DNA of 64,000 nucleotides from Sphyrna mokarran (Eukaryota): the NCBI GenBank assembly GCA_024679065.1, contig JAGIQG010000005.1, positions 34,844,001-34,908,000 of the forward strand. The letters run 5' to 3'. The notes under the pieces were generated by a model. It was not told the origin of the DNA, searched no databases, and worked only from the letters and a program-made list of their open reading frames with translations. The translations under genes were made by a program, and so were the position numbers. Each line of letters begins with the position of its first letter. Position 1 is the first letter of the stretch. Below, in pieces: positions 37,694-50,049 of the stretch.

Positions 37694-38569
37694 ATCCAAG
37701 GTTACAGTTGTGAGATTAAGTATACACCTGGTAACTTGATGGTTACATGGGGTACACTTAGCAGATTGCCTAACCTAACAAAAACAAGATATATCCTTGG
37801 CTGTACAAATTGATTCACTGACATCTAACTTGATCAGGTAGATTGTGTGCAACACAAATGCCAACAGTTATGAGAAGAAACAGCAAATGATTCTACACTA
37901 CTGAAAGTGTGGAAAATCATCATTGAACGATGGCCTGATTCAATTCAGCATGTCCACAAATATGAGAGGCCATTTTCTCCTTAAAAGATGAGCAAGGCAT
38001 CTCCCGAGGATTCATTTTTAAAGGCAGGCAGAGTCTTTGCAATCTGAAATTCTTCAACAACATTATCATTCACACATGGACAAGGATCAGGGGAGAAGAC
38101 TCACAAGAGAAAAAGTCTACTGGCCAGATGTGAACAATGACAAAGAATTTATTGTCAGGAAGTATGAGTCATACCAAGAGCATACGCCAAATCAGCACAA
38201 AGGAGCACTGATTTCACATGACTCAATCTTGGTTGTATTTTCTATCTGACAATTTTTAAGACCATAGCCCTGACTTCATCATCATCATTGACTATGTTAC
38301 CAATTGTCCCATTATTCGATAATTGTATAATACATTAATGAGTGTTTTTCACACTATGTGTTGTTTTCAGCTTACATGGTGTGCCTAGTTAGATCATTAC
38401 AGTAACACTCCACAATTAATTGATAAAGCATTCCAGGATATGGGTGAGAATTAGAATATCAAATAAAAATTTCTCCCTATTGCCGTAGACCTATAACCTT
38501 GCTGAACGAACAAGCCACCTAGTGAAATCCCTAATTCTTAAATGTAAGCAGACAAAACATTGCACCACT
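37694..38569 (+). mobile_element. Gypsy/Ty3 LTR retrotransposon pol remnant (end of RNase H, integrase Zn-finger and core)
   Basis: IQGYSCEIKYTPGNLMVTWGTLSRLP; EETANDSTLLKVWKIIIERWP; LQSEILQQHYHSHM..RRLTREKVYWPDVNND.EFIVRK; IIIIDY; VKSLILKCKQ. Confidence 0.85.
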
Positions 38570-38888
38570 GTAAATTTGACATGATCACTACAACTCTCAA
38601 CAGTTTTTACAGAAAGCAGCCTTTCCAGATGAATCACAGCTTGGTATGGCTCCTGCTCTGACCAAGACCACAAGAAAGGGTTGTGAATGAAACCCGATCC
38701 GTCATGCAAACCAGCCTCCCATCCATTGACTCCGTCTATTCTTCCCACTGCCTTGGAAAAGCATCCAGCATAATCAAGGACCCCCCATGTACCCTGGACA
38801 TACTCTCTTACACCTTCTTCCTTCGGGAAAAAAATACAGAAGTCTGAAATTACATACCAATCGACTCAAGAACAGCTTCTTCCCTGTA

Positions 38889-40211
38889 TATAAGAACATA
38901 AGAAATAGAAGTAAGAGTAGACCATCTAGCCCCTCAAGCCTGCTCCACCATTCAATAAGATCATGGTTGATCTGAAAGTGGTTCCGTTCCACTAACCCAC
39001 CTGCTCCCCATAACCCTTAATTGTCTTATTGGTCAGAAATCTATCTACCTGTGACTTATACATATTTAACAAGGTAGCCTCCACTGCTTCAATGGGCAGA
39101 GAATTCCAAAGATTCACTACCCTCTGAGAGAAGAAGTTCCTCCTCAACTCTGTTCTAAATTGAGTCCCCCTTATTTTGAGGCTGGTGCCCCTTCGTTCTT
39201 GTTTCCTTTCTAAGTGGAAATAATCTCTCTACCTCTACCCGGTCTAGCCCCTTCATTTACTTATATGTCTCTATAAGATTTTCCCTCAGCCTTCTAAACT
39301 CCAACGAGTACAGGCCCAATCTACTCAATATCTCCTCATAAGCTGACCCCCTCATCTCTGGTATCAACCTGGTGAACCTTCTCCGCACTCCCTCCAAGGG
39401 CAATATATCCTTTCGCAAATAAAGGAACCAAAATTGTACACAGTAGTCTAGTTGCAGCCTCACCACTACCTTGTACAATTGCAGCAAGACCTCTCTGCTT
39501 TTATACTCCATCCCTCTCACGATAAAGGCCAACATTCCATTTGCCTTCTTGATCCCCTGCTGCACCTGCAAAGTGAATTTTTGTGATTCATGCACAAGGA
39601 CCCCGAGGTCCCTCTGCACAGTAGCATGTTGTAATTTTTCATCATTTAAATAATAGTCCATTTTACTATTATTCCTTCCAAAGTGGATAACCTCACATTA
39701 TACTCTATCTGCCAAATCCTTGCCCACTCACTTAGCCTATCCAAATTTCTCTGCATACTTTCCACATCCTCCATGCAATTCACTTTCCTACTCATCTTTG
39801 TGTCATCAGCAAACTTTGTTACCCTACACTTGGTCCCATGCTCCAGATCACCTATGTATATGGTAAACATATGACATGCCAGTACCGATCCCTGCACCAC
39901 TAATTACTAACCGCCAACCAGAAAAGCACCCATTTATTCCAACTCTCTGTTTCCTGTTAGGTAGCCAATCCTTAATCCAAGTTAACACTTTACTCCCAGT
40001 TCCATGTGCCTTAATTTTTGCAGTAACCTTTTGTGAGGCATCTTATCGAACACCTTCTGGAAATCTAAAAAGGTCACATCCACTGGTTCCCTTCTGTCAA
40101 CCGCACTCATTACATATTCATAGAAATCCAGTAAATCCATCAAACACAACTTTCCCTTCATGAATCCATGATGCGTCTGCTTGATTGAACCATTTGAACC
40201 ATTCTTTTCCA
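38889..40211 (-). mobile_element. 5'-truncated CR1 nested in Rex1
   Basis: KFADDTK, EWARIWQ and LLQLYKVVVRLQLDYCVQFW; tail ttcttatg at about 38890-38905. Confidence 0.85.
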
Positions 40212-40258
40212 GTTATCATCTGACTTTTGAATGGATCTACCATTTATTAAGCTGATTT

Positions 40259-41011
40259 GTGCGTGGAGCCTGAGGAGATAGGAGAGACACTGAATGAGTA
40301 TTTTTCGTTGGTATTCACATAGGAGAAAGACAATGTTGTCGGGGAGAATACTGCGATACTAGGTTGTAGACTGGGCAGGATTGAGGTTCATAAGGAGGAG
40401 GTGTTAGCGAATCTTGAGGGTATGAAAATTGATAAGTCCTCTGGGCAGATGGGATTTACCCCAGGATTCTCTGGGAGGCTAGAGAGGAGATTGCAGAGCC
40501 TTTGGCTTTGATCTTCATGTCGGCGTTAGTTACAGGTGTAGTGCCAGAAGACTGGAGGATGGCAAATGTTGTCCCTTTGTTCAAAAAGGGGAGTAGGGAC
40601 CATCCTGGAAATTATAGACCGGTGAGCCTGACTTCTGTTGTGGGCAAGGTCTTGGAAAGAATTATAAGGGATAGGATTTATAAGCATCTAGAGAGAAATA
40701 AATTGATTAGGGATAGTCAGCACGGTTTTGTGAACGGTAGGTCGTGCCTCACAAACCTTATTGAGTTTTTTGAGGAGGTGACCAAAGAGGTAGATAAGGG
40801 TAAGGCAGTTGATGTAGTGATGTATTTCTAAGGTGAGGGTGTGGAATGCCCTGCCTGCAGCAGTTGTGGACTCGCCTACTTTGGGGGCATTCAAATGTTC
40901 GGTGGATAGGCATATGGATGATATTGGAATAGTTTAGGTTAGAGGGTCCACTGGCCGGCGCAACATCGAGGGCCGAAGGGCCTGTACTGCGCTGTAATGT
41001 TCTATGTTCTA
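40259..41011 (+). mobile_element. CR1 with large internal deletion nested in the Rex1 3' UTR
   Basis: VPEDWRMANVVPLFKKG..NYRPVSLTSVVGK..SCLTNLIEFFEEV..AVDVV jumps at about 40830 to VRVWNALP and the 3' UTR. TSD tgattt at 40253-40258 and 41012-41017. Confidence 0.85.
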
Positions 41012-41183
41012 TGATTTTTCTCTATATCCTAGCTGTGACTATAACACTATATTCTGCATGCACTCTTTTCTTCTCTCCTATGTATTCTATGAAGGGTAGG
41101 TTTTGTCTGCATAGCTTGCAAGAAATAATCCTTCTTCGCTGTATCCCAATACATGTGACAATAATAAATTAAATCAAATCAAA

Positions 41184-41791
41184 CTACATCTGAGTGTGAA
41201 ACCTTTAAATGCAACTGGTCCATCGCTGATAGAGATCATATTTGGCAGACTAGTGAGTACCAGTCTATCAACTCCAACTCTTTTTACTTTCTCAGATGAT
41301 CATTGTGCATGATAAAAATGCAGATACCAAATTGCTGAGTTTACAGTTGGGAGAATAAGTTGCATCTAGGATCCCACAGAAGGTATGTGCAACCAGCCGT
41401 GGTGACAAAGACTTCTTCAGAGCCAAGTTCCTGTGAAGTCATTACACACAAAGGCACAAAAGTGAGACGTAACTAGGGACATCTCTGATCCAATCCAGCT
41501 CTTCAACCACTGTATCGCCCTATTGTATCTCAGACAAGATCCCAAATGCAATCAACAACAATATTTATGAAATACAATCCCACAGATCACTGTGATCAAT
41601 TTGATAAACCCTCCAGACAAGGTTATCATTACAAGATCTGGGTGTACCAGAAGATTATGTCTGTGCTTTAAAGACTCATAGATTTATCAGTCCACCATGC
41701 TTATATAATTTTAACTAAATAAAAACATGTGTTGTAAATAGTTTTATGTCTTTGGAGTGGGGGAAATATACTTAAAAAGAAAGGGGAAGTT
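41184..41791 (+). mobile_element. Gypsy integrase C-terminus, 3' UTR and polypurine tract
   Basis: LHLSVKPLNATGPSLIEIIFGRLVSTSL, HDKNA, QPAVVTK..EPSSCEVITHKGTKVRRN*GHL and ITRSG; PPT aaaaagaaaggggaag at 41774-41789. Confidence 0.8.
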
Positions 41792-42026
41792 TGTAAAATG
41801 TCTTTGTGGAACAGCAGCATGACATCACTTGAAGAAAAGTGTGCATGCTATCTAGTCCTAGTTTCACTTTTACTTTTGAGCAGAGTACTCACATGCAGCT
41901 CTGCTGTTTTCTTCAAGCTTTCAACCCATGTACATCTGTTCTCATGTGTCAAGTCTAAATAAATAAAGCCACAATATTCTTACCCAGCCAGTTAAGAGTG
42001 ATCGGTGCCCTTATATTCTAATAACA
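41792..42026 (+). mobile_element. Gypsy LTR
   Basis: Begins TGT just after the PPT, has AATAAA near 41962 and ends ..taACA. Confidence 0.65.
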
Positions 42027-42732
42027 TGACAATGATGAAAAAGCGCAGCAAAAGCAATTGTGTCCAGTAAGGAATCCAAGACAGGATTCATATACTGTCA
42101 CATACTGAAACATAGCCAGAATAAACAAGCCATCCTCACTTTTACTGGGAAGTTAAATGGCATAGAGCTTCAGAGGCGTAAATATTACAGCTCTCCATGT
42201 AGTATGCTGTGCAACAAGGCAGGATTACCGGAAAGCAAAAGCAAAAATATTGTAGATACTAGAAATTTGACATTAACGTAGGTATAGCTAAGCAAAAGAT
42301 TCAAGAAGGTAGCTCACCAACATCTTCTCAAGTGCAATAAATACTGGTCTAGCCAGCAACACCCACATCCTGTAGAAGAATAAAATAAACTTTTCACTGT
42401 CCACGGATGTTGTCCAATCTACTGAGTGTTCAGTGTTTTCTCTCTTTCATTGATTCTGCAGTTGATTTTAAGTACAGCTAATGGTTTGAATTTCTCTGAG
42501 TTGCTTATACTTTGTCAACATGAAGACAACTCAATTCTTGTAATGAAATGCCTGATGGAACAATCCCTGATTTTAACTGCAGCACCATGTTATGTTCCCT
42601 CCAGTGCCATTGTCCTTCCTTACCTCTGAAATTCCTTCCCTAACCCTCTCTACCTCCTTCTCCTCCATGTAGATGCTTCTCAAAACCCATCTGCCTATCA
42701 AGTTCTTTGTCAACGATCATAATTTCTACTTC

Positions 42733-43028
42733 GGCATGGCGGCAGAGTGGTTAGCACTGCTGCCTCACAGCACCAGGGATCGGGGTTCCATTCCCAGCTT
42801 GGGTCACTGAGAGTGTGGAGTTTGCACATTCTCCCCATGTCTGCAAGGATTTCCTCCAGGTGCTCTGGTTTCCTCCCAAAATCAAAAATGTGCAGGTTGG
42901 GTGAATTGGCCATGCTAAATTTTCCCTCAGAGAACCCGAAAAGGCGCTGGAGCATGATGACTCAGGAATTTTCACAGTAACTTCATTGCAGTGTTAATGT
43001 AAGCCTAACTGTGACTAATAAATAAACT
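42733..43028 (+). mobile_element. HE1/V-SINE, full length, Rex1-like tail
   Basis: ggcatggcggcagagtggttagcactgctgcctcacag head, V domain and tail ttttcacagtaacttcattgcagtgttaatgtaagcctaactgtgactaataaataaac. Confidence 0.85.
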
Positions 43029-43095
43029 TTTTTACTTTAAATAGAATGCTGGAAATACTCAGAAGGTCAGGCAGCATCTGTGGAGAGGGAAACTG

Positions 43096-43940
43096 GTTTG
43101 ATTTGATTTTGATTTGATATATTATTGTTACATGTGTTAACATACAGTGAAAAGAATGATTTCTTGCACACCATACAGACAAAACATACCACTCATAAAG
43201 AAACAAAAGAGTGCAGAATGTTACAATCATAGTTAGGGTGGAGAAAGAGATCAACTTAATGCAACGTAAGTCAATTCAAATGTCTGACAGCAGCAGAGAA
43301 GAAGCTATTGTTGAGTCAGCTGGTATGTGACCGCAGACTTTTGTATCTTTTCCCAAAGGAAGGAGGCGAAAGACAGAATGTCTGGGGTGTTGGCTGTTTT
43401 ACTGAGGCAGCAGGATGTGTAGACAGAGTCAATGGTTTGCATGATGAATTGGGCTACATTCATGACTATTTGCAGTTCCTTGTAGTCTTGGACAGAGCAA
43501 GAGCCATACCAAGCTGTGCTACAACCAGGAAGAATGCTTTCTATGGTGCACCTGTAAAAGTTGGTGACAGTCATAGCTGACATGCCCGATTTCCTCAGTC
43601 TTCTGAAAAAGTAGATGCATTGTTGGACTTTCTTAACTATACTGTCAGCATGGGGGAATTGGACAGGTTGTTCATGATCTGGAAACCTAAAAAACTTGAA
43701 GATCTCAACTCTTTCTACATCATCCTCATTGATATAGACAGGGGCATGTTCTCCATTAAGCTTCCTGAAGTCGATAACAATCTCCTTCATTTTGTTGACA
43801 TTGAAAGAGAGATTATTGTTGCTATACCAGTTCACCAGATTCTCTGTCTTATTCCTGTACTCTGTCTCATCATCGTTTGAGATCTGACCAACGACCATGA
43901 TGTCATCAGCAAACTCGAAAATCAAATTGGAGGGATTTAA
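43096..43940 (-). mobile_element. 5'-truncated Rex1/Babar LINE (RT C-terminus), flanked by inverted Penelope-type repeats at 43040-43092 and 44030-44132
   Basis: ORF 43305-43943 FEFADD.MVVGQIS.DDETEYR..NNLSFNVNKMKEIVIDFRK..FYRCTIESIL..TAWYG; (aatca)n tail at about 43096-43117. Confidence 0.85.
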
Positions 43941-44139
43941 CAATTTAGGCTCATCAAAATTGGCTCAGTCAAAACGCAAATCCTGTCACATTTCTAACTT
44001 TTTACAGCTTTTTTTTAAAAACTAGTTGCTCAAAACATTAACTTTGTCTCTGCCTGCATAGATGCTATCTGACTGCTCAGCATCTCCAGTTTTTATTTCA
44101 GATTTCTAGCATCCACAATATTTTGCTTTTGTACTAACA

Positions 44140-44523
44140 TTTTTTTTCATTATTCATTTGTGGGTCATAGGTATTGTTGGTAGGCCAGCACCTATTGCCA
44201 TCCCTATTGCCCTCGAACTGAATGGCTTGCTGGGTCATTTCAGAGGGCATTTAAGAGTCAACCACACTGCTGTGACTCTGGAGTGTAATATATGTCAAAA
44301 TGGCAGATTACCTTCCCAAAAGAGCATTGGTGAACCAAATGGCTTTTCCTGACTATTGACAATGGCCTCGTGACCATTAATACATTCTTAATTCCAGCTA
44401 TTTTTTATTGAACTTAAGTTCCATCATCTGCTGTGGCAGGATTCGAACCTGAGTCCCCAGAATATTAGCTAAGTTTCTGCATTAATAGTCTCACAATGAT
44501 ATCACTAAGCCATTATCTCCCCT
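44140..44523 (-). mobile_element. tRNA-derived SINE (same family as 3675-4020)
   Basis: ggggagataatggcttagtg head, ggttcgaatcc B box and shared LINE tail. Confidence 0.8.
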
Positions 44524-47367
44524 TATCGGCTCATGTAGTTTGGTGTCGGATTTAGTCTGACACATTTCTGTGCAACACCCCGGGATGTGTTACTATGTTA
44601 AAGTTGCTGATAAAAGCAAGTTGATATTCTAAGCAAATAGTTCCTTTTAATGAGACAATCTAGTTTGAAATAATATTTCACAGTGCCTACAATGTCGACA
44701 TTCTTGTGAATCCCGACAAAATCAGCTTGCGACAACTGTGATAATTCCCTCAACATTGCTCCAAATGCTTTAAGTACAACAGCTACTGTGCATAAACACT
44801 GTGATGTGTAGTTGCCATCTTAATACACTGCCGTAGCCATGAGTTTGGTTTGGACCCTGTTTCATTAACCCATGCAACTGGGAAATGGTGAAAAATTAAG
44901 AAGCTTCCTACCTTCGACAATGCACCATTGAATAAAGTGTAAATCCTTCTCATTAAAGTGCAAAAAACAAATCAAGAGCATATATTTTTTCCAAAACTCT
45001 ATTAACAAAGTGCCATCAAATCACAGCAATTTGTTAATCTGCCTCCCTAAATTAACAAAAAGGGAATCTCTTTGGCTGGTGGCAGTGAAGAGGGCAGTAT
45101 TGAAGCATAGCTCTATCGTCAGGAGGGAATCCCTCAGTTTTTTTGATGAGCTGTGAGTTGTAATCTTATGGCACTCAGCGCAAAAAAAGTGTCAGGCTGC
45201 CATTCTCACCTGTAGGGAGATACAATCTAAACTCGCCAGGGAAGCCAGCTGCTGAGTTCTTGGAGAGCTATTGCACAGATACTCCGATCTCCCAGTGTAT
45301 ACTCCTAACTTGGAGATAGGCTTGGTATATGCTGAATCAGCAGTGCACAACTAGCGTCAAACCAGCCCCTGCTTTCAATTGCCCTCCAATTATCTCCATG
45401 TGAAGTGCACTAATTGGCCAGAATTTGGTGACGTTGGGGAAGGCCCCCACAACACTCCCAAAATCCAGAGACAACTCCACCTGGGCCAATGTGAGATTCC
45501 CTGGCCACATTATTCAACTGTCCAACTCATTAGCTATCATTGAAATTTCCATTTCTTAAAGGATCAGTATCTGTCCCCGTGAACTGCCACCCCATCAGGG
45601 GACACAGGCAGAACAACAATCTCAGCAACACCACCAGAAGCAGTGGCTACAGCATCCAGCATAGGGAACAAGCTACCTTGCCAATCAGTGATGGAGTCTG
45701 GGGCCAGAGCCAGTCAGCCTGGCTCAAACAAGGGGGTTGGAGGGGTGAGGAAAGTGTTGGTGGAGCAGGTGGAGCTGTTGTCTCGGGGCAGTCAGTGCCA
45801 CCAGTATGCCCTTCTATGGGTTTCAGAGTGCCAGATTAGGCCCTCTGAGTCAACATGAAGGCCACCATGGCATATCAGACATTTTTGACACTGCAGAAGG
45901 TTGACCTGCAGCCATGAGAAGAGGATGTTAATTGGCTGAAGACTCCAGACTCGTGCAAGATGATGGGTGCTGAGACATTCATTAGATTAATAACGTCCAT
46001 AAAAATACTCTACTGTGAATTGCCACCTTGAGGATAGATGGAGCAAGGCAGAAAAATTAAAAGGAAATTTACTAAGAGAAAATGAAAAGTAAATGTATTT
46101 ACCAATTTTTAAAAGAATTTCAAATATTGACCAACCTACCGAGTATTTTATTTATCCTTTTTGTGCATTCTTAACAGTCTTCCAATCATAAGAATCTACT
46201 ATTGAGTATGCCATTGTCATGAAAAAAAATGAATCCAATCTGCAGCTAGTTCAGATTTCCATGCCTGTAATTCATTACTCCCTGAACATGATTTGTTTTT
46301 AACGTAAGATGTTAAAATTGCAGTGCCTTGATCACACTCATGATACTGGCTGGTACATTTTAAAATCAATACTTTCAACGCCTTGTAAAGACACCTTGGA
46401 CATCAAAGCTACACAGGGCAGCCTTCAATCAAATGTAAAATATAGATGAGGAGCAGGTGCTTAGAGCTATACAGCCAAGTTCACAAAGATTTTAGCATAT
46501 TACTTTAAAAAGATATATATTCTTTAGAAGGCAGTAAATTAAAGTTACAAATTTAACCTAGATTTATGATGCACTCTAATACTGAGTTTCCAACTAATGT
46601 AGTATATATCTTGTATCAGCTTTTCATTTACAAATAGACTTAGGAGCTAGCATATCCATCAGACGTTGCGCTGAACAAGGCTCTGATCAATAAATGGTTT
46701 CCGTCTTTTATCATTTTTAACCAACTAACCTAATCTGAAAAAGGGTCATATATCTGGTTGAAGTGCAAGGTAATCAATAATTCTAACTTTATTATAATTT
46801 ATTTTCCAATTTACATTCATGTTTATATTGGCAACACACATAATCTTCAATACACCTATATAAATGTGTGTTACAAAGTGACATGAATTCTGTATTAGCA
46901 TATAAAGGAATCATTTAACTGTAACTTAACCATAAATGAAGGCCATTTCATGAGATTATAACTTTCTTGGCACAAAATAGAATGATCCAACATAAAATGA
47001 TTTTTTTAATATAGATTTATAAGACTTTTTTAATATAATCTTTATTTCAGTGTAAATCACTTAATCCATTTACATAGCTATTGGGGAATGAGTTAATGTT
47101 CCTCTCATGCAAATTGAATTCATCTGCTACAAATTATAATGTGATCATATGCAGCAAATCAGCAATTGTAATTCACCGTATTCTACCATGAAAGGCATGT
47201 GGAATTGATCTTAATGATCTTTAATATTATATGAAGTGCAGAGCAGGTTCAAGGCTTATACAGGCACTCCTGTATTTCAGTTTTAACAATCAACTCTAAT
47301 GTACAACTTACTGCCATAACAATTTTACTTGCAGCACCTGATTTTTTTTTCACACGGGGGTGTTGCA

Positions 47368-50045
47368 TCATAGAATTATAAAGGTTTACAGCATGAAAAC
47401 AAGCCCTTTGGCCCAATTTGTCCATGCTGCCCCTTTTTTTTAAACCCTTAAGCTAATCCCAATTGCCTGCATTTGGCCCATATCTCTCTATATCCATCTT
47501 ACCTATGTAACTATCTAAAAGCTTTTTAAAAGACGAAATAGTGCCCATCTCTACTACTACATTGGGCAACTTGTTCCAGACACTCACCACCCTCTCTCTG
47601 TGTGAAAGAATTGCCCCTCGAGACACTTTTGTATCTCTCCCTCTCACCTTAAATCTATGCCCTCTAGTTTAAATCTCCCCTACCTTTGGAAAAAAATATG
47701 GACTACCCTACTGACCTGTGCCCCTCATTATTTTATAGACCTCTATACGATCACCCCTCAGTCTCCGACGCTCCAGAGAAAACATCTCCATCTATCCAGT
47801 CTTTCATTATAACTCAACCATCAAGTCCCAGTAGCATCCTAGTAAATCTTTTCTGAACTCTTTCTAGTTTAATAATATCCTTTCTGTAATAGAGTGAATT
47901 GCACACAGTATTCCAAGTGTGCTCTTACCAATTCTTGTACAGCTTCAACAAGACATCCCAATTCTGACCAATGAAACCAAGCATGTCGAATGCCTTCTTC
48001 AGCACTCTGTCCATCTGTGACTCCACTTTCAAGGAGCTATGATGCTCTATCCCTTGATCTGTCTGCCCTGTAACTCTCCCCCCTACCATTAACGGAGTAA
48101 GTCCTGCCCTGGTCCAGTCTATCAAAATGCATCACCTTGCATTTGTCTAAATTAAACTCCATCTGCAATTCATCAGCCCACTGGCCCAATTGATCAAGAT
48201 CCCTTTGCAATTGAAATAACCTTCTTCACTATCCACCATGCCATAAATCTTGGTGTTATCTGCAAACTTACTAACCATGTCTCCTATATTCTCATCCAAA
48301 TCATTAATATAAATGACAAATAACAGAGGATCCAGCACAGATCCCTGAGGCACACTGCTGGTCATATGCCTCCAGTTTGAAGAGCAACTTGACAGAAGCC
48401 AATTTTGTATCCATTTAGATTCTTCATCCTGGATCCCATGAGATTTAACTTATGCAACAACCTACCATGTGGTACCTTTCCAAAGACCTTGCTAAAGTCT
48501 ATGTAGACAACAACTGCACTGTCCTCATCTACCTTCTTGGTTACCCCTTCAAAAAACTCAATCAAATTTGTGAGACATAATTTTCCATTCACAAAGCCTT
48601 GCTGACCATCTCTAATCAGTCTTTGTGTATCCAAATGTCTGTAGATCCTGACTCTCAAAATACTTTCCAACAACATACAACCACAAATGTGAGGCTCACT
48701 GGCCTATAGTTCCCAGACATTTCCCTACAGCAAAGGCAGAACATTTGCTACTCTCCAATCTTCAGGCACCTCACTCGTAATTTCCTCCCTAGACTTCCAC
48801 AATATCCTGGGATACACTTCATCAAGTCCCAGGGAGTTATCTAATTTGATGCGCTTTAAGACTTCCAGCACCTCTTTCTCTGTAAATGTACACTCCTCAA
48901 GACATCACTATTTATTTCACCAAGTTCCCTAACATCCATGCTTTTTCCAACAGTAAATATTGATGAGAAATATTCATTTAGGATTTCACCCATCTCTTGT
49001 GGATCCTGCACATTGATGCTTTGTTGACCCTTAACAGGCTCTATTCTCTGCCTTGTTACTCTTTTACCCTTTATACATTTGTAGAAGCTCTTTGGATTCT
49101 CCTTTGCTTATCTGCCAAAACAATCTCGTGTCCCCTTTTTGCCTTGCTGATTTCTCTGTTAACTCTATTCCTACGCCCACTGTATTCTTCAAGGGATTCA
49201 CTTGATCCCAACTGTCTATGCATATAATGTGCCTCTTTCTTCTTCTTGACCAGGACCTCAATATCCCAAGTCATCCATGGTTCCCAACTTTTGCCAGCCT
49301 TGCCCTTCACTCTAACAGGAATGTGTTTATCCTGAACCCTGGGTTAACACATTTTTGAAAGCCTGCCACTTACCAGACATCCCTTTGTCTTCCCACAGAC
49401 TTCCCCAATTAACTTTTGCAAGTTCCTGCCTGATACTATCAAAATTGGCCTTGTCCCAATTTAAAATTTTAGCTTTTGGGTCAGACCTATCATTCTCCAT
49501 AGCTATCTTAAAACTAATAGAATTATGGTCACTGGTCCCAAAGTGATGTCTCACTAAAACTTCTGTCACCTGCCCTTCCTTATTTTCCAAGAGGAGAACC
49601 AGTTTTGCCCCCTCTCTAGTCGAGCCATCCCCATACTGACTGAAAAATTCATCTTGAATTCACGCAACAAATTTCTCTCCATCTAATTTTCTTATACTGT
49701 GGCTGTCCCAGCCAATATTGGGAAAGTTAAAATCTCCAATTATTACAAGCCTATTTTTCTTCGAGCTTTCCGTAATCTCAATTTCCCGCTGACTGTTTGG
49801 GGGCCTATAGTACAAAAGTGATTTCCCCCTTCTTATTTCTCTTTTCTACCCATTTGGACTCAGAGGATGAATCCATGGATATATCCCCTGAAAAATTACA
49901 TGTTTCAGTAATTCCTATAATATCCTAGTTCCATGTACCCATCCATGCCCTGAGTTCTTCTGCCTTGCCTGTCAGGCTTCTTGCATAGAAATAAATGCAG
50001 TTTAATCTGCACTTTCTTTTCTCTCTGTGTTGCTTTTGCCTGATC
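47368..50045 (-). mobile_element. CR1 LINE covering almost all of ORF2 (EN plus RT), disrupted
   Basis: HFGTSDHNSISFKI, ILNWDKANFD, KLCLTNLIEFFE, SVPQGSVLDP and SKFADNTK; EN start CIYFYARS near 49975-50000. Confidence 0.9.
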
Positions 50046-50049
50046 TGGC

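Larger units (their letters stand above)
38572..41183 (+). mobile_element. 5'-truncated Rex1/Babar LINE inserted in Gypsy integrase, split into 38572-38886, 40212-40258 and 41013-41183
   Basis: ITAWYGSCS, HPGH-like YPGHTLLHLLPSGKKYRSLK.HTNRLKNSFFP, then a 3' UTR ending tacatgtgacaataataa(aatca)n. Confidence 0.8.
42590..44625 (+). mobile_element. L2 LINE 3' end (42590-42730 and 44530-44625) split by four insertions
   Basis: ctctgaaattccttccctaaccctctc..aaaacccatct..tcaagttctttgtca continues as tttggtgtc..gggatgtgttactatgttaaag..aagcaagttg. Confidence 0.6.

Noticed and set aside
42733-42810. tRNA-like heads of HE1 and other SINEs as tRNA genes
   Set aside because: They have A and B boxes only, no cloverleaf, and are followed by SINE bodies.
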